In this document: positions 9,401 through 20,310 of the stretch, one piece after another | Layout of the letters: each line of letters begins with the position of its first letter | Position numbering within the stretch: position 1 is the stretch's first letter | Assembly: GCA_032718475.1 (NCBI GenBank) | Contig: JAUCBJ010006656.1 | Location: 1 to 64,000, forward strand | Origin: Nemertoderma westbladi | Taxonomy: Eukaryota; Animalia; Xenacoelomorpha | Direction: 5' to 3' | Length of the DNA: 64,000 bases | Notes under the pieces: model-generated | Databases searched by the model: none | What the model saw: the letters and a program-made list of their open reading frames with translations, nothing else | Told to the model about the DNA's origin: nothing | Translations under genes and position numbers: made by a program

Positions 9401-11438
9401 AAACAAGGTAAGTGAGAAACCCGTTTCTAGGAGAAGGGTAACACCAGTGTGTTATACAGACGACGGCGAAAGCCAGACTTCTCAAGGAGAGGATAGCGGG
9501 AAAGACACTGAAAGATCTTATTATGTCAATAAAACGCCTAAAGACCAGGTAAGTAAATTCAAGTCTCGAACCAATGACAGGAGAGAACAGGTAAGAAAAA
9601 CTCCTCCTACGTCTCCCAAGAGAATTCAGGTGAGAAAGCCCGAGGAAAGAACGAACGTGCACCACACAGCACATGTTAAAGTAAGTAACATCAAGCCCAA
9701 ATGTGTGCTGTGCGATGGGCCCCACCGTTTAAGTGCGTGTGATGAATTCCTGAGGAAATCTCTAAAGGACAGACGTGAAGTCATGTGGGATAAGCGGTTG
9801 TGTTATAATTGCCTCAGACGAGGACACCAACGGCGAACCTGTTACTCCGACGCAAGGTGTGCAAAGTGCGGTGCGAAACATCATATCTTGTTGCACACTG
9901 AATTCGAGCGAAATAGTCCAAGTCAGGTGAGTGATTCCGAACTACATGTCCAATTCAGTGATGTGAACGACACTGATCAATCTGAGATGGAAGGATTCTA
10001 TACGGACGAGTTCTCCGACGAAAACGAATCCTGTTACATGATAAATACCGCAGTGTATCGAGCACTCACTTATGAAAAAGATACAGAAAGTGACCTCACT
10101 CTAACTACTTCTGATCGACAACCATACTGGAAAGCGCCACCTTCCAATGTAGGAATCCGAGAATTTCCTGTAGTCCAGTTACGGGTCCACGGACCTCAGA
10201 AGAGCTATATAGTGAACGCCCTCCTGGACTCCGGCAGCACAGGAACATTCATCGATAAAGAACTAGCCGAAGACATCTTTGCTGGACAACCCAAGTTCCG
10301 AACCAAGCTAAACATGTCAGGGATCATGCAGGTTTGGAAATCTGCTGTGGCTGCCGACTATTATATAGGTGAGTTGTCCACTCCACAGGATAAACTAGGA
10401 GAACACAGTATAAGGTCAGTCAAAATGGTGGCAATAAAGAACTTCGCTACCACCCAAGTGGAACCTTATAATTGGGACGAAGATGATCATGCCCAACGAC
10501 TTAACATTCCTAGATTCGACACCGATTATCCTGGAGTACAAATATTAATCGGTCAAAACGCGCATGAGGCGCTGGAGACATTGGAGAAACGACCTGCTCA
10601 ACCGCAACCACTTCAGACCCATGCGGTAAGAACTAGAGTAGGTTGGTACCTTACTGGACCTTCCCGAAGAACGCTCAGAGAAAGACTGCTTCAAGATCGC
10701 GTCTGCCAGGTGAGTGAATGGGAAGATGATACTAGTGAGGGAGACGACCCAACTGAGGGAACACCATACTCCTCAGATAATGACGATATTAGCTCCAATG
10801 TAGATCAATGGAGATATTGCCCCAAGAAGTTTAATCCAACTGACATCGCTTCCAGAGGAGCAACTCCTCAAGAACTGACAGATACTACAGACCGGTTAGG
10901 TGAACCCGACTTCCTGAGTAAGGAGGATGAATGGCCTCCCCATCTTACTCCGACTGAGATTAGACCAGCCAAGGGAGCGGAGAAAGTCAAACCTAAAACC
11001 CAGACGGGTGGATCGGAGTTATTTGAACCCGGGATAGATCTGTCGGTATTACATATTGCCAGGGACGACGCCGTGGATCTGGACCTCCCCACCGCGAGTG
11101 GATCCTTCATGAAGATCAGAGAGAGCGATTGGAGCTCTGGAACATCAGACGTCTCGCAGGGACTCTCACCTCTCCTGCAGGGAGCGACGGACCACTATAG
11201 CTCCTGGATTCGGCTTTGTAAGGCCGTCGTGTACCTAGAGCGATGTTTCTATCGTCACTATTCCAGGACGAAGAGGAAACCTGGAATTGTATTCGGGATG
11301 CAGCGACTCAATCACCCAGTCGGTCGTTTGTGTTTACCGGAAGGGAATGGAGGACTCTCCGGAAACTGTGGAAGGCAAGATTCTCTTCCCATGACCACCT
11401 CCCTAATCCTTCAAACATCTAGGGACTCCATAACGTAA
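6408..11438 (+). CDS. BEL/Pao Gag-aspartic protease polyprotein with RT and most of RNase H deleted in frame and integrase absent
   Basis: First ATG at 6408. DUF1759-like Gag core (KFNGDEMKWLPF...EKLRFLIECLEG...VWDTLNIRYG). Three Cys/His knuckles (CVLCDGPHRLSAC, CYNCLRRGHQRRTC, CAKCGAKHHILLH). Protease ALLDSGS and BEL motif TRVGWYLTG, followed directly by the late-RNase H motif QWRYCPKKFNPTDIASRG. No YxDD or DDE motif. Confidence 0.9.
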   Translation: MSDTKQNMSDSLLDVTICDSDKGVEPSTPKFSSPPTVRKVIPPVVITEPRLVQHRRSIIGTRAQVKRDQEAAEQQQPASQELISQRPDSSSSEDTVELTPERGARMTDAVYSDPLLILPASVLTRLLIAVEEHQIDWARSKRSTKDSYEGYTKEELKSIVESQWNFPGPGLPFDLSEAAWEDIHQMGVAKETIDPAVWKRSAAGYAQGFFSSMERVKEQLFQQPQGPQEQGQLLYQVRERILRIRLILSAFEEASKRRQDTSLQVAVKTWFQRVSRQVQGTAQWKAQLEERSTHGESTDATFSQVESEATAEKPHKRDAIDIYLSDYQRFLGDEEFRRRLDGLSPNSEGTQRVLDAIDVDMRAANQAKFDERLRITRVQEEQVKKKRIEDRKAAAVAAAVASAEAERKAAEAERKAAAAEAEAERKAAEAERKAAAAEAGRKAAEAERKAAAAEAEAGRKAAEAERKAAEAVAEAERRAAEETTQLELENIQENQDCINKQLTASNMQMMNRSTPKRQGYTSSEEGDTTDTEGKGNRSHLSRRKRTSHRQKLPDLPPAVRRQLNNTNLGSTEPTDQIITIERLPTIVDEPEIIRPVPEATLSVVETPVLPEPTSQFPLHSTKLPVPSRTAHETVHALDSERNIHDLSPVVPRPPATTLANPASAVEWVDERRRGMDLLLRQMQETVQQFKGTVRESRLELQEVQQSIALERDKLVNTQKGIPPPPVTMCQPVRSECVSHAQGVEPTRIYTASEVETPIVNPIKSNYRPVDNDIPYRPDHNPRNLYTDNSILNNTMAQESFTRQMARTEARQAVKVGEIVKFNGDEMKWLPFNEYYKDNIQNSVLSNGEKLRFLIECLEGSPKLMALKFIGHPDGLRQVWDTLNIRYGNRNNIAGYLYAKLVAPRKFISSGIIEFSDEIQEICRQLDWLGKSHEYQSAMVIRAVASTLPKGGVGTRWDKKVLYMMEQQRRDPTMADLMSFLDGEVKLQLLRQSREKTLENKVSEKPVSRRRVTPVCYTDDGESQTSQGEDSGKDTERSYYVNKTPKDQVSKFKSRTNDRREQVRKTPPTSPKRIQVRKPEERTNVHHTAHVKVSNIKPKCVLCDGPHRLSACDEFLRKSLKDRREVMWDKRLCYNCLRRGHQRRTCYSDARCAKCGAKHHILLHTEFERNSPSQVSDSELHVQFSDVNDTDQSEMEGFYTDEFSDENESCYMINTAVYRALTYEKDTESDLTLTTSDRQPYWKAPPSNVGIREFPVVQLRVHGPQKSYIVNALLDSGSTGTFIDKELAEDIFAGQPKFRTKLNMSGIMQVWKSAVAADYYIGELSTPQDKLGEHSIRSVKMVAIKNFATTQVEPYNWDEDDHAQRLNIPRFDTDYPGVQILIGQNAHEALETLEKRPAQPQPLQTHAVRTRVGWYLTGPSRRTLRERLLQDRVCQVSEWEDDTSEGDDPTEGTPYSSDNDDISSNVDQWRYCPKKFNPTDIASRGATPQELTDTTDRLGEPDFLSKEDEWPPHLTPTEIRPAKGAEKVKPKTQTGGSELFEPGIDLSVLHIARDDAVDLDLPTASGSFMKIRESDWSSGTSDVSQGLSPLLQGATDHYSSWIRLCKAVVYLERCFYRHYSRTKRKPGIVFGMQRLNHPVGRLCLPEGNGGLSGNCGRQDSLPMTTSLILQTSRDSIT

Positions 11439-12931
11439 CAACATATGGAGTGGGTGTGTGACTCTATTATTTTGTATTTGTTTTAATTTTATATTTATGT
11501 ATGTATTATTATGTAATTTTATTTTAATCGTTTTATTTAATTTTATTTAGTAGTATGGTATTTTAGAGATTATTTAGTAGATTAGTGCAATATATATTCG
11601 CGTTTATTATTTAATTACGTATATTATATATTTAGTGCGACGGCGAGAAATAATTCTTTTTCTCTTTCCTTACTGCCCGTATCATATTATAAATACGTGA
11701 CTACAGTAAGATGAAATATCCGTACTTATTAAAGTACAATAAAGCCACTACTATATTTAAGTATTATTGGTAGGCAGAGTATTAGGAATGCAAAGTTCAG
11801 ATCCTCGTGTCTCGGCTAAACCAAGCTCTGGGTAGACCTTGGAAACGACTTGCCTCTTCACACTGACATTGCTTCGTGCGATATTGCTCTCATACCGTAT
11901 ATTAAATAATACATATAGTAGCGTGATGTCCCTCTAACAGTAGCGTGAAACGCAAATAAATCTGTTAAACCTTTTGACCATCTGTAATTCTAGTCGATTA
12001 AGATATCGCGGCACCCACCGATATACTTGAAAGACAAATTCTAGAATCAGTGGTTAATGTCCCCAGACATGTTCTAGAATCAAAACATGTCAATTTAATT
12101 ATCAAATAATAAAATTTCAGGGAATAAATTTAAATTCATGCCTTTTAATGAATTTAATAAATTGCCATTTTTACGCAATTTATAACATTCCCAAAATTCC
12201 ATTAATTAATAGATCAAGGGAGCGGAGATTTATCTTCTTATGCGTATGAGTGTGCGAAAGTCTCCCAAACATAGTCAATAGCCGATAAAATTCATAAAGC
12301 CATGTATAAAACAGGACATTGACCATTAAAGAATTACTATTAAATAACATCCCAGATCTGTATGCATTGGAATTACCCTAATTCTACCGCTAGCTTTGCA
12401 TAATGTCACCATAGCAACAACCACGCTAGAATTAGAATTGAGTTAAAAGAACAATAGAAAGCTTGTCCCATTGAATAGCATAGGGAATAAATAGCGCACT
12501 GCTAGTATCCAAGGATACATGATAATAACGTGACATTCTGGAAGGCACTGACTAACGGACAAGTGACCCGAGTGTGTGTAATTTGTGACAAGTTGTGTGT
12601 GTGGTATTTGTGAGTTTATAGGCGAATGTTACTACTAAGGTGTGTTTACAGTAGCGAGTCGCAATTGTGAAAGTAACCCTAACTCTCCAGTAAGAACCTG
12701 AGGTGTATCTAAGCCTTTGGGACGGACAGTCGAGTGACTTGTGCCGGTTGTCGTTGTCGTTGTGCGGCTACGTCGTTGGCGAAAGTACAGCGGCGACGAC
12801 ACATCGGCGCTGAGGATCTCGCACTGTCCGGGGGCTGATTGGGGTAGGCAGCGACGCTCGCTAGCCTAAATATAAACTCATTATAATATTAATAAACTCA
12901 TATATAGCAGATATGACGGAGTTGATAGAAG

Positions 12932-14011
12932 ATGGTCTTGGTATCAGGGAGCGATATACTCTACTTTCAAGCATTTGTTGATAGCTTGATACGCGGTGAT
13001 ACTAGTCCAACTACTACGGAGGATGATGGTCGTTATATCGAACCTACGATTTCCTGGAAGTAACTTACGCGTGAATTGGACTATGGAAAATTCACCGCTC
13101 GCTATACGCATCGTAATGGTACGTATATGGACTTCTTGACTACTGGTCATCCTATTGATTTACACGACACCGACGATATAGACACCGAAAGGGAAATGGT
13201 TTTATTTAAATATCATACCCAGCGGAGTCGAAACGATAAATCGAGAATAGAACACGAGAACTCTATTCGAAACAGACTCGAGAGGGAAGACGTTGAAGAA
13301 CCTGATAAACGTCGCGACTTCAACGACTATCTAGAATTCCTAAGAGAGACCTATCTCAATATTGCCAGTCAACAAAACCTCGAAACTCGATATCCTCAAG
13401 GTATACATCCAGACCCTATGATGGAACTCAAACGGCTCTATTTTACGATGATGTATCTTACCGCCGATCGACCGCTACCTGTCGTTCCAGATAGCTTCGA
13501 ACAGATGGAGGAATATTGTAAAACTGGAGAGCGATCACCCGCGTTTCCCCTTCAAGACGTGCGTCTTTGGTATTATTACGATAAATGCCCTAGACCCAGC
13601 CAATAAACAGAAAGACATAAACATCCACGGAAACGTTGTGTTAAACACAGTTGTGCTCGTTATATTTACTGGAGTTTCGAGCGAAACTTGTTTGACGTAT
13701 CACCTATGCTCACTCGGCTCGAACGATCCTGGAGTAAACCTACGATCAGAGTCCCGGAATACTCGGTCAAACCTCCTCATTCCTTAGTTGGACCTCAGAC
13801 CTGCGATCCTGGTGGTGTCGCGGATCCTCGCGGACTGTATTCACTGTTCAAAGATCTAGTGCTACCCTAACAATTAATTGGTAACACTCCGACAGAGATT
13901 TCTAGCTAGCCGCTCATCTTACCTAGCCGGATTGTGACGCGGACACCTAATATCACTATCCAACCGTATGGTCGTCCCCGTTTAACGCGATACAACCCTT
14001 CATCAAGGTGA
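12932..14011 (+). pseudogene. Decayed accessory ORF of unknown function in the 3' internal region of the BEL element
   Basis: One frame from ATG 12932 links ORFs 13076-13606 and 13688-13870 through in-frame stops at 13061, 13604, 13868 and 13907. No recognisable domain. Confidence 0.5.
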
Positions 14012-14506
14012 AGGAGAGCATTGTACGAAACGAGTTAAACGCTATTCTATAAAGATCAAAAAAGAAACCTGCGTTTGTTCAGATAAACGTAAGTTATAAC
14101 AGTAAGTCCAATCGATAAACGAATTGGCCTTATCTCAGTTCGATTGGGAAATCTCGAAACTCTAAGAAGATATCAAGCTTAGAAAATCCTATTCTCTGCG
14201 AGAGTTTTGGACGAACGTATCCCATGACAAGCGGAGGAAAATCAGCTCGAGGAGAAGCATATCGAAATGGACGAGACACCGACCGTAAACCCAAACCTTC
14301 TAATGCAATTGTATTGCACCCTTTACCCAGAGTTATAGCCTTTCTAGTAAAGTGGCTCGCCCCAAAGAGAAAAGGACTCTTGCTGGCCTCGGGAAACTGC
14401 GTGAACGCCGTCCGCGCAAGAAAACTAACTGTTTAGAGTATCTTTATGTTTTAGAAACTGTGATTTTTATATTTTATAGACTGAAAATCCCATTTTCTGG
14501 GAGCGG

Positions 14507-15719
14507 TGTAAAAGCTTTTGCGGAATTGCCCGGTTATTTTTCCTTATTTTTCCCGTAAAATACTCTGTAGTTGGTTTAGTAGGCGTAAGAGGCCGTATTA
14601 TTGCTGTATCGGTGTTTTTTAGAGGACCTAAGAGCTATTTCTTCCGTATGTGTAATTTGGGGGACATGGTTGGTGATTCTATGGCAATTCTATGACGCAA
14701 AATAGCTAGATCCTCTTGAAACAGTAGTTACTATGACGACGGTTAACAGCTGAGCTGTATACGTGTCGATTTTCTTTGTTCTACGGTGCCTCTCAGTTCA
14801 GTCAACCAATCAGAGCGTTTTTACTGTTCTTGTACAGAAATTTCCTAGAAATCACGCAATGCTTTATGGGCAGTGTTATCATTCAGTCCTGAGCCAAGAA
14901 AGAACGGCTTTTGGAATATTTGTGCTTTTCTGCTTTTAGCCTAACACTAGTAGGCTTAATTATAAGGACATATATCCGTTATCTGGGTAACTCAATGGTT
15001 AACAACTTACTCAATGCTTGGCTGGTCTTGTCGTGCATACTTTTATAACGTTATACTGCTATTTACTGTCGGTTATTCATTATATGGTTGATGAAATATT
15101 ATATTTGGAATAACGAGAAATAACCCCGAAAACCCAATATTCTTGATATACCGAAGGTAAGAGAGACAGGTTACATATAACGATTGTGACTTATGTTAAA
15201 GTGGTTTGAAGTGAATCTAATGTTATTTGATAGACCCTACATGAGTCGGTCTGTGTTCCTTTTATATGTGACTAAAATCAGTGAAGATCGGCAGATCAGT
15301 GTGCAGTATTGTGCAGCATTGTGTATGAGTGAGACTGATAACGAAGCATTTCCTAAAGAATGCGCCATATATGTGAATTGTAACTAAGCCATATCGTTGC
15401 ATGTAGTTTAAGTCATAGCTCTGTTTATATAGATAGAGCGCCACGTCCAAAAGGAACTGTTAATATTCCCCGAAGGTGAATAATATTGTCAGAGATTATA
15501 TAATACTGTCAGTCGAATAATACATTAGGCTTACATAGCAATAAAATTAAGCCGTCGAAGTCAATCTCCCGGGTATATCCAGCGGGTGAATGATCGCGCA
15601 CAGATTGGTTTCAACTAGTGTAGTGAATCAAATACTTGTCAGAGGCTAAAAGCGATTTATTATCTAGAAGACATCCTAATTTGGCGGGTTAAACTGCCAA
15701 AGGTCTGAAAGCGCGAACA
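14507..15719 (+). repeat. 3' LTR of BEL element
   Basis: Near-identical to 2914-4127 and followed by TSD GTAAT. Confidence 0.97.
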
Positions 15720-16434
15720 GTAATGGGCCTAACTTCCTAATTCATATCCTCAACAATCAGTCCCAGACCAATAGACCAAGCTATTCCAGTACACAGGCAA
15801 ATAGGCCTATTAACTAACCCGCTATTACTATATATGTGACAGGTACGGTACCCGGTAGGCTTCCCTACATAATTTATTATACAGTATACAGCAGTACACA
15901 ACAAATAATAGGCATACCTGATAAGAAATTAATATTTAATTTGGCGACAATTTTATTCAATAATTTCGTGAATTGTCTTATAGAAAAGCAACGCGCGCCT
16001 TATTTTATCTAAAAGTTGATACCCGGGGTTATTTTTTTGTGCTCTTTCTATTTTCGACTGTATTCGATTGTGTTCGGCAGTTTTTGGAGTGTGTTGGGGT
16101 GTATCTGCAAATCCTGCAAATCATTGTAAACAAATACACATATTACTGCAATTAGTAATCCTGTTACCGTTAGGGCCGACCGGTAAACTGGTATGAGCAT
16201 TGTTATGTTATGGGTAAAATAAATATTAATTTAGCGATGTTATATGCACCAAAATTTTCATTTTATTAAAATACTTAATCAAATACAATATTTATTTTCA
16301 CCTGGGTGGTAGTACAATATTTAACTATAATATCCATCTGGGATTCCCCGAAAAAAACAATTCCTCTACATAAGATAAACATTAGTCTAAATGATCAACT
16401 TTGTGGGTGTCTATAAAGAACTAAAGGAACTTAC

Positions 16435-16492
16435 CCGGAATCTCAGCTAAAAGTACAATCAATAACGCAACAAAATAGTATAACTTGGTCAT
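16435..16492 (-). CDS. Signal-peptide exon (MTKLYYFVALLIVLLAEIP) of small secreted peptide gene, copy A; terminal exon expected left of the window
   Basis: Acceptor TTTTGTCAG, ATG, hydrophobic stretch and phase-1 donor G|GTAAGT. Identical to 35974-36031. Confidence 0.7.
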
Positions 16493-16659
16493 ATTGACTG
16501 ACAAAATAATATATGGCTTGTTGCTCTAAAATTATATTGTTTTAACTCTCAGATAATATTTTACTGGTTTTGCTCCAAGTACAGTAAAAATAAGTTCAAA
16601 TGTACTACATAAAGTATAAATACTAAGGTAGTTCCAGACAGAGATAATGAAACGACTAA

Positions 16660-16950
16660 ATGGTTCACATCTGCTCCCATGCACTCATTACCTTCCTATA
16701 TGTGGATGTCTAAAAGGACACGTCGTCACTATCCTGCACTCATTAAATATCTTCCTTCCTATATGTTTGATGACTAAAAGGTTGTCACCATCCTGCACTG
16801 ATTATCTTCCTATGTGTTTGATGTCTAAAAGGACACCGTCACTATCCTACACTCCTTATCTTCCTGTGTTTGATGACTAAAAGGATGACACTATCCTACA
16901 CTCATTATCTTCCTATATGGTTCATGACTAAAGGATGACACCATTCTGCC
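16660..16950. repeat. ~46-bp degenerate minisatellite (CCATCCTGCACTCATTATCTTCCTATATGTGGATGACTAAAAGG...)
   Basis: Tandem units visible. A paralogous array lies at 36180-36670. Confidence 0.85.
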
Positions 16951-17614
16951 AGTTTATGTCGTTTCCTAAAAATCTATTGTCTTCCTAATAGTGAAAACGG
17001 TTTTAAAAAATATTGTGAAGTTTTCTAGTTATAGCACCATATTTTAATCCTACTTTTGGCACTTTTTTGAGGCGGTTTTTTGAAAATTAAATTTCATGAA
17101 CTAAGATTTGTAACATCCTATAATTTTGATTTACACCGGTTTTTGGAGTTTGCAATTATAAGGAATTCATATAAATTAATTTACAATTTTTTGGCCGGGT
17201 GCCAAATATTGGTGCCAATACCAAATTTCGAAATATGTTGTAATTTTGTTCAATTTTGTAAATTGATTGTTTGATCCTGTTTTTTGGGCAATAGGGGTAT
17301 TTTGGGGTTCTGGTTTCTATGGAATATATAATAGTTGCACCAGGCGTATCAAACTTCTGTTTTTCGGTGCTGTATTCAAAATTTCGTGCCAGCACGAAAT
17401 TTTGAAAATCCATTCAATAGTTCCATTGTTTATGAAACTTATTTCTCGCGTTTTAGAGGTTTGTGGCGGTTCTGAATTCAATGGAATAAATAATTTTCTA
17501 ACTAAACATCCCAAACTTGTATTTTTCTGAAGTGGGTGCAAAATTTGGTGCTAGCACCTAATTTAAAAACCATCAAATATATCAATTGATTGTGTCACCT
17601 TGTTTCTTGCGTTA

Positions 17615-19122
17615 TATAGTATTGAGAAGGCAATGATATATATATAATACTGATCATTCATACCGGTAGGTCCCATACCATACTACACTACTTTCCTTCT
17701 CAACAAAATAATCTCTCAATCAATCTAATACACACATATACTAAAATTTCTAGCAACGGAAAATAGTCAATAAACAACATTATGAATCCATGAGTGTTTA
17801 CATTTATACCATACATGACTCAGTGAAATGAGTATATAGTCTAGGAGTATGTTCTAGGCGAACCCATAGTACTGCAGGGGCATATGGATACGAATTGGAT
17901 ATGATCGTACGTTGTTGTCTAGGGCGCATGGTTGTTGCTGAGGTGAGACCTGTGGCAGATTATCACCGCCGCCTCCGATTAGTGGAGCCCCGGATTCGAC
18001 AGCTGGGAGGTGAGTGTCAATAGGAGGGGTCCCAGATCCAGTTGAGTTGGTACCGTGGAATGTGCCCACAGGTTCATCATATAAATGGGCGTGTTGTGGG
18101 TCTACAGGTTGGACCATCCGACGGTTTCTACTAATGGTGGCACGGTGTCGACCTTCAAGGAGGACTTTATCACCCATTATGTCTTTAACACGATGACCCG
18201 AGTATGAGTAGCCACGCCGATCAAAGTTCTTCACCATAACAGGTTGATTAATTTCCAGGGATGGGAGAGCTCGAGCATTATGCCTGGAGTTGAAATCTTC
18301 TGCAATCTTCTCACGTCGTGACATACATGCACTACATGGCTGAAGTGGTGGCAGTGGCAATTGTGGCAATCGACCTTGGCGGTGCTGGCCAATATGACTG
18401 TAGAGAACTTTAGCAGGTATATCCCCAGTGATACGATGTTTTGTGTTACGTAGTGTGAAGAGTACTGTAGAGAGACGTGATGAGAATGAAGATTTCTGAA
18501 GAATTCTGAAAAATGAAGATTTGTACATCATTTTCTTAATTTCCCTATGGATTCTCTCCACCATACCATTAGACTGAGGATAGCGAGAAGATATTTCTAC
18601 TAAGTTACACCCAATTGTGGTTAGGTATTTCTTAAATTCATGGGATCGAAATTCTTCAGCATTGTCTGAGACTAATGAACGTGGTAGACCAAACCTGGCA
18701 AAGATTTAATCTAGCTTCATAATAACTGTTGTGGTTTTGGAATTGTGGACAGGGATTGCCTCAATGTATCGTGAACCATAATCAACTAATGTTAAACACT
18801 TTACACCTTCCATAAAGGCACAGTCTATAGCAATTCGTTCCCAGGGATGATAATCGGATTGTTTAAGACTCTGAGGTGGTAAAGGGTCATGGGCTAGTTG
18901 GCAGTTATAACAGGATGAAACAAACAAGTGAACCGATTTAGCCATTCCAGGCCACCAAACATTAGCAACTAGTAATTCCGTCATTTTAGTTATCCCAGGA
19001 TGCCTGTCATGGGCCAGTTTTAGAACCAAGGGTCGCAGGGATTGTGGTACAACCAACTGTACAACCAAGCTGTCTACTCCCTTGGTTCCTCGAGCTTGGG
19101 TACTGCCCAATAGTACTATCCC
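17615..19122 (-). mobile_element. Gypsy element 1, 3' half (integrase, PPT, 73-bp 3' LTR)
   Basis: HHCC motif (AHDRHPG...CYNC) and DDE core (IAID, SDNA, NGMVER) broken by a stop at 18706. PPT GAGAAGGAAAGTAG. LTR 17615-17687 is the reverse complement of 20311-20381 and is followed on the minus strand by TSD TAACG. Confidence 0.9.
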
Positions 19123-19800
19123 GATCCACCCCAGCTCCTTCAAGGCCGTGTCGATTTCCGTTAGCGATAGACATAGATTGTCTTTCACCTCCATTAGTAG
19201 AAATAGGCCTAGTTGATACGTTGTTTCTTCGAACAGGTTTAGAACTCAGTGCCTCTGTTTGCCCTCATTCCCATTGGTCCCTCTGATTATTTACCACCTC
19301 GGTCCATTCTCTCGCATCTTCGGATTGTCTCCGCTGACCTTGAGCCAACTGCCTACTAGTACTACTGTTTCTCGAAGACGCACTGCACTGGTAGGCAGCA
19401 TACGTGGATGAGCTCCTGGTGGTATTCGCGAAGATTGCGGCAGGTCTTTGTTCGATTCCGATTGGATTGGATGCTTGGCCTTCCAATAGTGATAGGGTCC
19501 CTTGATTCTGCTTGGAGTATCAGCATATCCTTGCAAAATATGACTTCATTCTTGGCAGCAAGAGTTTATAATGTCGCGTCAGATAAACGTCCGAGCGCCT
19601 TAACATACAGGGCGTTCATGTTGGTAAGATTCTCTATCATTGTGCGTTCATCCTCACTTGACCTGCCTCGCTTTTCTTTGGTAACCTTTATCGTTGAAAC
19701 AATGTTCTGCAGGAAGGCCGCGAACGCACTCCCCTCTGATTATGTCGCCATTACTATAATTGAAGTTCACTATCATATATTCCTCAATTAAAATCAATAA
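19123..19800 (-). mobile_element. Probable 5' part (decayed ORF1) of the LINE whose ORF2 lies at 23896-26316
   Basis: Broken coding frame with ORF1-like STYAA and EWTEVV motifs. It becomes co-oriented with and adjacent to the LINE ORF2 when 19123-23895 is re-inverted. Confidence 0.5.
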
Positions 19801-20310
19801 AGTAATAAAATAAAGTCGTAAAATTGTAAAAGCAGTACAGCAGTACTGGAGTATTTATGCTGTTATTAAGTAGGCAGGTAGGCTATCCTAATGGCAAATA
19901 AACATGTGACTAAGTGTTACAGCTGTAACACTACTTAGTCCTTAAGGAAGAATGTGAAATGATATCAACGAAGTCGAATCGCATTTCAATGAGTGAAGGG
20001 AAAAAAAGCGCAGCTAGACTACATCCTTAACCCTATTAAGTAATTTGGCAAATTTCGTACCCATCACCAAAAAGTACAAGTTTGCAATGTCCAGTGCTGT
20101 TTTTATGGATTCCATCGGATTCAGGACCCTCATAAACCCGTATAACGCAAGAAACAAGATGATACTATCTTCTGATCAATTTACTCATTTTCCAAAATTT
20201 GGTGCTGGCACAACAATTTTCACCCAAGGCCGAAAAATACAAGTTTGAAAACTCTTATGCAATTTTTACTATTCCATTGAATTCAGAAACCCTCACAAAC
20301 CCGTATAACG

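Larger units (their letters stand above)
2914..15719 (+). mobile_element. BEL/Pao-type LTR retrotransposon, full-length, non-autonomous (Gag-protease only), recent insertion
   Basis: Two ~1.21-kb TG...CA LTRs with about 4 differences seen by eye. 5-bp TSD GTAAT at 2909-2913 and 15720-15724. PPT-like GGGAGCGG before the 3' LTR. Internal ORF has BEL Gag and protease motifs. Confidence 0.95.

Noticed and set aside
14352-14440. RPRKKTNCLE as a remnant of the BEL integrase C-terminus
   Set aside because: The position fits but similarity is too short to support, and no DDE core is found upstream.
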